Source: an uncultured Eubacteriales bacterium
GTDB lineage: Bacteria > Bacillota > Clostridia > Oscillospirales > Oscillospiraceae
DNA: 32,000 bases
NCBI GenBank assembly: GCA_900316255.1
Contig: ONCI01000004.1
Coordinates: forward strand, 44,690 to 76,689
Direction: 5' to 3'
Below are positions 25,120 through 32,000 of the stretch, piece by piece. Made by a program: the position numbers and the translations under genes. The stretch's first letter is position 1; every line of letters begins with the position of its first letter. The notes under the pieces are model-generated. The model had not been told where the DNA came from. It saw nothing but the letters and a program-made list of their open reading frames with translations, and made no database searches.

Positions 25120-26361
25120 ATGAGTGAAAAACTGATCGGCGCAGCCATCTTTGGCCAGTCCGGCGGCCCCACTGCCGTCATTAACGCCAGTGCCTACGGT
25201 GTGATCCGTGCCGCGCTCGACGCGGAGGAGATCACCAAGGTCTACGGTGCGGAGCATGGAATCAAGGGCGTCCTGGACGATCGCCTCTTCGTTATGGATG
25301 AGGAAGATCCGGAAGAGCTCCGTCTCCTGCTGCATACCCCCTCTTCCGCACTTGGCTCTTGCCGCTATAAGATGGCCGATCCCGAGGTCGATGACACCGA
25401 TTATAAGCGTATCCTGGAGATCTTCAAGAAGTACAATGTCCGTTATTTCTTCTATAACGGCGGCAACGACTCCATGGACACCTGCAACAAGATCAGCCGT
25501 TTCATGGAATCCGCGGATTATGAGTGCCGGGTCATGGGCGTTCCCAAAACCATCGACAACGATCTGTACGGCACCGACCACTGCCCCGGCTTTGGCAGCG
25601 CTGCCAAGTACATTGCCACCTCCTGCATGGAGATCAACAAGGACGCCCGCGTTTATGACAACGGCATGATCACCATCGTGGAGATCATGGGCCGTCACGC
25701 CGGCTGGCTGGCCGGCAGCGCCGCCCTGGCCACCGAGTTTGGCTCCGGCCCCGATCTGGTGTATCTGCCTGAGGTCGATTTCGATATGGACAAGTTCCTC
25801 AGCGACGTGCAGCGCATCTACAATCAGAACGGCAAGGTTCTGGTTGCTGTCTCTGAAGGCATCCACTATGCTGACGGAAGCTTTGTTTCCGAGGCCAAGA
25901 CCTCTGCCACCGATGGCTTCGGTCATGCCCAGCTTGGCGGCCTCGCTTCCATGCTGGCCGACATCGTGAAGGCGCATACCGGCGCCAAGGTCCGCGGCAT
26001 CGAGCTTAGCCTGCTGCAGCGCTGCGGCGCACACCTCGCTTCTGAGACCGATATTGAAGAGGCCTGCGCCTCCGGTATGGAAGCGGTCCGCCAGGCTGTC
26101 AAGGGCGAAACCGGCAAGATGGTCGCCTTCAGCCGCGAGATGATCGATGGAGAGTACCACTGCAAACTTGTCATGATCCCGCTTACCGATGTGGCCAACT
26201 ACGAGAAGAAGGTTCCTCTGGAGTGGATCAACGATGAGCACAACGGGCTGAAGCATGAGTTCATTGATTACGTCCTGCCTCTCATTCAGGGCGAGCCCAA
26301 GCTCCCGCTGGAGCATTCCCTCCCCCGCTATGCCAGACTGAAAAAGGTCCTGGCCAAGTAA
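25120..26361 (+). CDS. 6-phosphofructokinase, long form, probably pyrophosphate-dependent (Pfp-like)
   Basis: FGQSGGPTAVINAS, NGGNDSMDT, GVPKTIDNDL and MGRHAGWLA. The Lys in PKTIDND and the Asp in GGND are the positions classically used to separate PPi-type from ATP-type enzymes. Confidence 0.88.
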   Translation: MSEKLIGAAIFGQSGGPTAVINASAYGVIRAALDAEEITKVYGAEHGIKGVLDDRLFVMDEEDPEELRLLLHTPSSALGSCRYKMADPEVDDTDYKRILEIFKKYNVRYFFYNGGNDSMDTCNKISRFMESADYECRVMGVPKTIDNDLYGTDHCPGFGSAAKYIATSCMEINKDARVYDNGMITIVEIMGRHAGWLAGSAALATEFGSGPDLVYLPEVDFDMDKFLSDVQRIYNQNGKVLVAVSEGIHYADGSFVSEAKTSATDGFGHAQLGGLASMLADIVKAHTGAKVRGIELSLLQRCGAHLASETDIEEACASGMEAVRQAVKGETGKMVAFSREMIDGEYHCKLVMIPLTDVANYEKKVPLEWINDEHNGLKHEFIDYVLPLIQGEPKLPLEHSLPRYARLKKVLAK

Positions 26362-26372
26362 ATATTCCGATC

Positions 26373-26411
26373 AAAAAACCTGGAACGCCGATTTGGTGTT
26401 CCAGGTTTTTT
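26373..26411. terminator. bidirectional terminator shared by the pfk gene and the minus-strand operon
   Basis: AAAAAACCTGGAAC pairs with GTTCCAGGTTTTTT around an 11-nt loop. Confidence 0.8.
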
Positions 26412-26412
26412 G

Positions 26413-27096
26413 TTATGCGGTTTTTCTGCGGAATCGGGGAAGCCAGTATTCCTTCCCGTAAACCAGTGCTTCCGCCAGCAGGCATACCGGCAGTGCCGCG
26501 ATCACGTCCAGGGCGGAATGCTGCTTCACGAAGCTTACGGCAAAGCAGACCATCACGGCAAAGAATACCACAAAGGACTTCCAGCCGAACGGCAGCTCTT
26601 TATCCTTCAAGGATACCGAAACGATCCCTGCGGAATAGGCAACATGCAGCGAGGGAAACACTCCCGTGGGCGTATCGAAGGCATAGATGATCCCCAGGAC
26701 CCAGGTGAAGAAATTCTCCCGCGGGAACTGCTCCGGCCGCAAATACTGGATGCTGGGATAAACGATATAACACAGCATGGCCACGGCCTGCGTGATCATG
26801 ATAAAGACCTGCAGCTTTTTGAAGCCTTCCACATTGTAGAAAAAGGTATAGGCCAAAGCCGCCACCACATAGAGGTACCAGCCTGCATAGAAAATCAGAA
26901 AGCCCTCATGGAAAGGGATCATATCGTCCAGCGCGCAGTGGATCTCATGGCAGCGTTCCACGGGAATCAGGTTTTCTGTGATGAAATACATGGCAAAGTA
27001 TCCGATCCAGCCTGCCAGCAGTTTGGCATGGGCAAAGCGGGGTTCGTTCAATCTGTGCAGGGAAAAACCGGAATAATCATAGGGACGTCTGTTCAT
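26413..27096 (-). CDS. PAP2-superfamily integral membrane protein (PAP2_C / sphingomyelin-synthase-like phosphotransferase or phosphatase)
   Basis: About six TM segments. PAP2 C2/C3-like motifs FPSLHVAYS and KQHSALDV. ATGA overlap with the upstream acyltransferase stop. Confidence 0.72.
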   Translation of the reverse strand: MNRRPYDYSGFSLHRLNEPRFAHAKLLAGWIGYFAMYFITENLIPVERCHEIHCALDDMIPFHEGFLIFYAGWYLYVVAALAYTFFYNVEGFKKLQVFIMITQAVAMLCYIVYPSIQYLRPEQFPRENFFTWVLGIIYAFDTPTGVFPSLHVAYSAGIVSVSLKDKELPFGWKSFVVFFAVMVCFAVSFVKQHSALDVIAALPVCLLAEALVYGKEYWLPRFRRKTA

Positions 27097-27965
27097 GCTG
27101 AAATATCCTCCGAGGCTTTGCTTTTGGGGTAATGCTTTTTGGAAACATTGGGATAAGGGACCACCGTATGGGGCGGCTGCGCCAGCGCGATCTCGGTGAT
27201 CGCATCCATCAGCGCATGGCAGAGTCTGTCGCGTTCCTCCCCTATTGGCGCATCCGGGCGAAACGCGATCGGCTCGCCGTAAATCAGGGTTTTCAGCTCC
27301 GGCGCAAGATAAAACGGAACAAAGCGCAGCGCGATCCCGGTCTTCTTATAATAGAACCTGGCCAGATCCACAAACTTTTCCTGAAACGCATGCACGATAT
27401 TGTTGTGTTCCTCGTAACACTCCGGGAAAATGACGATGCTGTTGCCTTCTTTCAATCTCTCTATCGAATCCCGGAAAGTGGTGATCAGCCTGGTGTCGTG
27501 GTACACGGCGACGGTGTGCGCGTTATGGAAGATCAGCAGCGCGAGGGGCGTGACCAGATGGCTCAATAACTTGTAAAACCAGCGCAGCGCCTTGGGCTTT
27601 CCGGACCAAAAGTCCTGATATGCATAGGCTGCCACTTCCCTTTTCTCCATCATCTGCCCGGCGCACCAGATATAATGCTTCCCCGGCACATAGAACTCCC
27701 CTGCGATCGGGCCGTACATATGGCTGTGATTTCCCACAATGACGCAAGGTTCCACCGGTAGGTTTTCCGCGCCGACGATCTTGTATTTAGGAGAAAAAAG
27801 CCATACGAACCACCGGACGACTTTGTAGAGCCAGCTGCTCTTTTTCTGATCCAGGAGTTCCCAATCGGGTAATCTTTGCGTTTGCTTCGAGACGGATTGC
27901 TTCATAAAAAATGATAACCTTCTTCGCTTAAAATAGTACTGCGCTGCATTTGCCCGGCAGATCAC
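27093..27965 (-). CDS. LPLAT-family (PlsC-like) acyltransferase; start is GTG 27965 or ATG 27905
   Basis: Block I-like VIVGNHSHMYGP and block III-like IVIFPECYEEH. The GTG at 27965 overlaps the VWA stop (GTGA). ATG at 27905 would give 270 aa. Confidence 0.68.
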   Translation of the reverse strand: MICRANAAQYYFKRRRLSFFMKQSVSKQTQRLPDWELLDQKKSSWLYKVVRWFVWLFSPKYKIVGAENLPVEPCVIVGNHSHMYGPIAGEFYVPGKHYIWCAGQMMEKREVAAYAYQDFWSGKPKALRWFYKLLSHLVTPLALLIFHNAHTVAVYHDTRLITTFRDSIERLKEGNSIVIFPECYEEHNNIVHAFQEKFVDLARFYYKKTGIALRFVPFYLAPELKTLIYGEPIAFRPDAPIGEERDRLCHALMDAITEIALAQPPHTVVPYPNVSKKHYPKSKASEDISA

Positions 27966-29671
27966 AGGATCCGGATCTGCTCCTGCAGCAGCGAGCCGAC
28001 CGCGTCGGCCAACTTGTCGATGGAAGGGATGCGGGAAAAATCCTTGTTGTAAACAAGTTTGGCGTTGGGCAGGTCTTCCTCCTCGCCGGTAAAGACGCAG
28101 ATGACGGCAATGCCGTCCGCCCTTGCCCGGCGCACCTCCGCCGCGGTATCCCGGACGCCGGCTTCCTGCTCGTAGCCGATGAATTCCGCGCTGTCTTCCG
28201 AAAAGATCCGCAGCGCGTCATGGGGCTTGACGTCAGAAAGCAGGATCAGGATCTTGTGGTCATAGGGGCTTTGCCGCATCAGCTCGTGCACGGCACGTAC
28301 CGCAAGTCCGTCCCGGTTGCAGCCGTTGGAAACATATTCGAAGATCCTTCCGTTATCCCTTGGGGCGGTATAATCCCGGAAAACCCGCAGAACGGTGTAG
28401 CCTGTCATGGAACAGAATGACATCACCCTGCAGGGGATCGCGCACTGCGTCAGCGCCTGTGCGATGATATAGGCCTGGGTGGCGACACGTTCCTGTCGAC
28501 CGGACTGGGACGTGGAGGCGTCCAGCAGGATATCCACGCTCAGATCTCCCATGTTCCCCTGCTCCGTACGCCGGAACACCTTTTCGTCCCCCAAAACCGC
28601 TCCCCGCCAGATCCTGTCGCCGTCCAGGAGCCCCGCATCGGCCCGGACAAAAGCCGGTTCCAGATACAGCAGCACCGAATTGCGGATCCGGGAGGAAAGC
28701 CGATCGATGGAAGTCCGGTTTTCCGCCAGATGCTCCTCATAGTACAGGCGGTTTCTCTCTACCTGCTTGCCCTCCTGCTCCCGCTTCAGGGCTTCAAAGG
28801 CGTTCTGAATGTTGCCCTTTTCCGGGACGCCTCTTGTAAAGTGCAGATGGCAGAAGCTGTGATTTCCGGTGCAGAGCCGCCTCTCCAGGTCGGCGGTCTC
28901 CTGCTCGGAGAACATCGGCGCGCCGAATTTGAACGCCATGAAGGACCTGAGCTGTGCCGCGCTCAAATGGGTCAGCGGCTCGTCTTCTCTTCGGAGCAGA
29001 TCCTCTTCCCCGCTGTAGGCATGACTGGGGTGATCCCCCAGACCGATCCCGAAACGGCGATATCTGGTCTTTGCTTTTTTCGCTTTGTGACTGCCCGGGA
29101 AAAGCAGCGGAAAACGGCGCTCTCTCCGCCGCTCCTCCGTGACGATCTGAAACCAGCGGGCAAAGAGCTCTTTTGCTCTTTCCACCACTGCGTCCGTATC
29201 CATTTCGGGGGAAAACTCCAACTCGTCCAGCAGCTTTTTGTCATAGCGATTCAGCTTTGGCTCCATCCCCAGGACGCGCTGAAAGTGGGCTGCGGAAAGG
29301 CAGTCCAGCAAGGAATAATCGTCCGGCGGCGCACCGTAAACGGCCAAATACCGTCGGGCGTAGTTTTCCCGCAGCGCCTTCAGCACCGGACGCTGCGGGA
29401 GCTCTCTTTGGTATACCGCGTTTTCAAGTCCCAGCCAGAAAAGGCCTTCATAAGTGTCAGACTCTTCATATTGCTGGAAGGAAGAAAACACTGCGGCGAT
29501 CTTTGGATAATCATAGTGCCGCCGTACGGCTCCGATGATGAAGTTCCAGTAAAGCTCTGCATTCCCTTCGCCGTCATAGGCCTTGAAATCAGGAACAAAG
29601 CTGTAATCCTTCGCGGCGTTCCAGATCTGGTTGACAGCTCTGCGCCGCTGAAGATCCGTTACCGCATTCAT
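27962..29671 (-). CDS. von Willebrand factor A domain protein of the NorD/CbbO/CobT type
   Basis: Long helical N-terminal region. The C-terminal VWA domain has an intact MIDAS DxSxS (ILLDASTSQSG), NGCNRDGLAVR and ILILLSDVKPHD. ATGA overlap with the AAA+ gene. Confidence 0.8.
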   Translation of the reverse strand: MNAVTDLQRRRAVNQIWNAAKDYSFVPDFKAYDGEGNAELYWNFIIGAVRRHYDYPKIAAVFSSFQQYEESDTYEGLFWLGLENAVYQRELPQRPVLKALRENYARRYLAVYGAPPDDYSLLDCLSAAHFQRVLGMEPKLNRYDKKLLDELEFSPEMDTDAVVERAKELFARWFQIVTEERRRERRFPLLFPGSHKAKKAKTRYRRFGIGLGDHPSHAYSGEEDLLRREDEPLTHLSAAQLRSFMAFKFGAPMFSEQETADLERRLCTGNHSFCHLHFTRGVPEKGNIQNAFEALKREQEGKQVERNRLYYEEHLAENRTSIDRLSSRIRNSVLLYLEPAFVRADAGLLDGDRIWRGAVLGDEKVFRRTEQGNMGDLSVDILLDASTSQSGRQERVATQAYIIAQALTQCAIPCRVMSFCSMTGYTVLRVFRDYTAPRDNGRIFEYVSNGCNRDGLAVRAVHELMRQSPYDHKILILLSDVKPHDALRIFSEDSAEFIGYEQEAGVRDTAAEVRRARADGIAVICVFTGEEEDLPNAKLVYNKDFSRIPSIDKLADAVGSLLQEQIRIL

Positions 29672-30585
29672 GTTTCCTGAAACAGCTCGTCCGCGCCCAG
29701 ATCGCCACGGATCCTTGCGGTGATCAGGTCCTGAACCAGCTGCCGCTCAAAGGGATCAAAGCTCTTATTGATCATGCCCATCTCAAGCGCCTGACCCAGG
29801 CGCAGACCATTCTGTACAAGACCGACGGCGGAGAGCAGTCCGCGCAGATCCAGCGCCTTGGTGGAGATCTCCGAGCTGTCGCACTTCTTGCGGATATCCT
29901 GGAACAGCTCGGAAAGTTGGCTGGCATATTCTCTGCGCAGCGCGGGAAATTGCGCAAGCAGCAGTTTCTGCAGATCCTCTGCCCCGATAATGGGCATGTT
30001 CAGCACCATGAAGCGGGAGGCCAGCGCTTCGTTCAGCTCTCTCGTTCCCGCATAGCCGTAGTTCATGGTGGCAATGAACCGGGTTTCGGGGGCAAGCAGG
30101 ATGCGGTCATATCCCGGCACATCGATGATCCGGCGAAAGTCCAGCGTTGCGTGCAGCACGGCCAGAGACTCGTTTTTTGCCATATTGATCTCATCCAGCA
30201 CGCCGAAGCCGCCCTCCTGCGCGCATTGGGTGATCGGTCCCCTGCGAAACTGCACTTCTCCGTTTTTAAAGGTATCGGTGCCAATCAGCGAAGCCGCGTC
30301 GGTATTCAGATAAAAGGAGATATCCCAGGCGGGCCGGTCGAATACAGCGGCAAGGTTTTCCGCCAGAACATTTTTCCCCGTTGCCTTCGGTCCCACCAGA
30401 AGCAGATTCTCCCCAGCCAGCAATGCCGTCAGGGCCTGGTTCCAGATCTCTCTTCCGTAATAATGGAATCTCGGGGTCGGTACTCTGTGCCGCATTTCAT
30501 CCTTTACCGGATAACGGCTGCGGAAATCTGTGATGCGCTCCAGGATCGTTTCATCGATCCCTTCCCTTCTGAGGAATTCCAGCAT
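29668..30585 (-). CDS. AAA+ ATPase of the MoxR / CbbQ-NorQ (AAA_5) type
   Basis: Walker A-like LLLVGPKATGKN, Walker B FGVLDEINMA, sensor-1 FIATMN and NEALASRF. The size (305 aa) fits CbbQ/NorQ/GvpN-like proteins. Confidence 0.83.
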   Translation of the reverse strand: MLEFLRREGIDETILERITDFRSRYPVKDEMRHRVPTPRFHYYGREIWNQALTALLAGENLLLVGPKATGKNVLAENLAAVFDRPAWDISFYLNTDAASLIGTDTFKNGEVQFRRGPITQCAQEGGFGVLDEINMAKNESLAVLHATLDFRRIIDVPGYDRILLAPETRFIATMNYGYAGTRELNEALASRFMVLNMPIIGAEDLQKLLLAQFPALRREYASQLSELFQDIRKKCDSSEISTKALDLRGLLSAVGLVQNGLRLGQALEMGMINKSFDPFERQLVQDLITARIRGDLGADELFQET

Positions 30586-30612
30586 GGATCAACACCTCTT
30601 TCTTAATAAAGT

Positions 30613-30641
30613 AATATACCACAAAAATATGTACTTTTCTA
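30613..30641 (-). promoter_or_regulatory. candidate promoter of the AAA+/VWA/acyltransferase/PAP2 operon
   Basis: On the minus strand: TAGAAA (30641-30636), a 17-nt spacer, then TATATT (30618-30613) preceded by TGG (extended -10). RBS AGAGGTG lies 7 nt before the ATG at 30585. Confidence 0.42.
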
Positions 30642-30649
30642 CTATGGGA

Positions 30650-30678
30650 TTGAAAGAAATCCAAAAATCAAGTATACT
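30650..30678 (+). promoter_or_regulatory. candidate promoter of the divergent papain-fold protein gene
   Basis: TTGAAA (30650-30655), a 17-nt spacer, then TATACT (30673-30678). It sits back to back with the minus-strand promoter, 8 nt apart. Confidence 0.48.
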
Positions 30679-30696
30679 GACTGAGAGGTGGGATCC

Positions 30697-31338
30697 ATGC
30701 TGTCATTAAACAGAAAATACATACAGGTTGAGCGCAACGGCAGGCTGTCCTACGGCGGCAGTCAGATGTGGTCGGATAATCCGACGGTGAAGATCTGCGG
30801 CTGCGGACCGGTGGCTGTTCTGGATACGCTTCTGTATCTCACACACCGGCAGGAAAGCCCGCTGAGCCTTGCGGAATACAACCGCATGCTGGAAGAAATG
30901 AGCAAGCGCTATTTCCCTCTGGTCAGGCCCTTTGGCATCAACGGGCTTCTGCTTGCCGCTGGCATGAACCGTCTCCTCCGCAGGTACCGTCTCCCCTACC
31001 GTGCATTCTGGGCCATTTCCGGGCGTAAGTTCTGGTCCCGGGTGGAGGAGCTGCTGTGCCAGGATCTTCCGGTGATCTTCTCCGTAGGGCCGAACTTTCC
31101 CGCCGTCTGGCAGAAACACCGCCTGACTTTTTATCGAAAAACAGCGGAAGGTCTCTATATTCCCGCCAGCTCCGCCAAATCCCACTACATCACCGCCACC
31201 GGTATCGACCCGGACTGGCTGCGGATCTCCTCCTGGGGAACGGAATACTACATCAGCCGGAAGGAATATGACGAGTACATCCGCAGGTACAGCACCGCCA
31301 TCGTCAGCAATATTCTGATGCTGCGGCGGATCGGCTGA
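30697..31338 (+). CDS. hypothetical protein, possible papain-fold cysteine peptidase (C39-like / BtrH-N-like)
   Basis: Candidate nucleophile in GGSQMWSDNPTVKICGCGPVAVLD and candidate His in KSHYITATGIDPDW. ATG at 30697 follows GAGGTG. The family assignment is tentative. Confidence 0.5.
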   Translation: MLSLNRKYIQVERNGRLSYGGSQMWSDNPTVKICGCGPVAVLDTLLYLTHRQESPLSLAEYNRMLEEMSKRYFPLVRPFGINGLLLAAGMNRLLRRYRLPYRAFWAISGRKFWSRVEELLCQDLPVIFSVGPNFPAVWQKHRLTFYRKTAEGLYIPASSAKSHYITATGIDPDWLRISSWGTEYYISRKEYDEYIRRYSTAIVSNILMLRRIG

Positions 31339-31420
31339 TTTTTTGTGCAGCTTTACCATTGATTTCTCCGACGTTTTGCATACAATAGACCAAACTTGAG
31401 CTCCCGAAAGGAGAACAGCA

Positions 31421-31999
31421 ATGAGTCATCAGGAAGCTGTCGCCCAGTATACCAAGGCACTGAAGCTGGGCCAGAAATACTATAAAACCGCCATGAGCCG
31501 GGGCGATTATCCCTATCCCCCCGTTCTGGATGAACTGCTGACGGAGAATCAGTCTTCCGGGCAGGTGGAGCTGGGTCTGGTGGATATCCCCGCCGAGCTC
31601 ATTGTCGGCACCCGCTCTGCAGGGCGACGTGCCGCGTTTGCCGGCAACTTCATGCCCCTTTTGACGCCGGATACCGAGTTTGCCATGAAATGGGTCGCTC
31701 TCTGCGATGCGCATCTGGGGGATGAAGGCATCCGCGATCCCATTCGCTGCTGTGAATACATGGGCCGGTTTTACATCATGGAGGGGAACAAACGCGTCAG
31801 CGTTCTGAAAAGCTACGATGCCCCCACCATTCCCGGCACTGTCACCCGGATCCTTCCCGTTTACAGTGAAGATCCGGAAACGCAGCGCTATTTTGAGTTT
31901 TTGCAGTTTTATCCCCGCTGCAGCCTGTATCAGATCCGCTTTACCCAACCCGGTTCCTATGAGAAGCTGCAAAAGCGCATGGGCTTTGAACCGGAGCAT
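31421..31999 (+). CDS. hypothetical protein, 5' partial (runs off the window), possible ParB/sulfiredoxin-fold domain
   Basis: ATG at 31421 follows AAAGGAGAA, and the frame stays open to the window end (193 codons). It is absent from the ORF track because it has no stop. IRCCEYMGRFYIMEGNKRVSVLK resembles the ParB-N/Srx motif. The coding call is stronger than the function call. Confidence 0.55.
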   Translation, partial: MSHQEAVAQYTKALKLGQKYYKTAMSRGDYPYPPVLDELLTENQSSGQVELGLVDIPAELIVGTRSAGRRAAFAGNFMPLLTPDTEFAMKWVALCDAHLGDEGIRDPIRCCEYMGRFYIMEGNKRVSVLKSYDAPTIPGTVTRILPVYSEDPETQRYFEFLQFYPRCSLYQIRFTQPGSYEKLQKRMGFEPEH

Positions 32000-32000
32000 G

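Noticed and set aside
1-32000. Search for tRNA, rRNA, CRISPR arrays, riboswitches and T-boxes in all intergenic regions.
   Set aside because: I saw no cloverleaf-compatible segments, rRNA-like conserved blocks, regularly spaced direct repeats or recognisable riboswitch cores by eye. A covariance-model scan is needed to be certain.

Overview
The window looks like a chromosomal segment of a high-GC (about 58-60% by eye), spore-forming Firmicute of class Clostridia; I cannot place it more precisely. All homology calls come from motifs read in the supplied translations, with no database search. Bases 1-20,534 are almost entirely plus-strand housekeeping genes. They start with the conserved (priA)-def-fmt-rsmB-rlmN-stp-prkC-rsgA cluster, followed by a DUF3794/LysM SipL-like spore-morphogenesis gene, yebC, a lipoprotein and vanZ. 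After these come ruvCAB, sigH, two tiny Cys-rich genes, trmK, nif3, spoIVA, cwlD and radA. From about 20.5 kb the organisation becomes mixed-strand and accessory-like. (1) A lone tyrosine recombinase sits next to an AT-rich stretch of about 620 bp with no convincing ORF, and the pair is bracketed by two bidirectional terminators. (2) An intact ORF has heavy-metal P-type ATPase architecture, but every catalytic motif I can check is lost; it appears co-transcribed with class II fructose-bisphosphate aldolase. (3) A phosphofructokinase gene is divergent from the aldolase. (4) A four-gene minus-strand operon with 4-nt overlaps at every junction encodes a CbbQ/NorQ-type AAA+ ATPase, a NorD/CbbO-type VWA protein, an LPLAT-family acyltransferase and a PAP2-family membrane protein. 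A papain-fold (C39-like) protein and a partial gene are transcribed divergently from it. The AAA+/VWA/lipid-enzyme operon is my best candidate for an undescribed system, and the pseudo-P-type ATPase is second. I saw no rRNA, tRNA, CRISPR array or transposase. Many long antisense ORFs in the track are high-GC artefacts.
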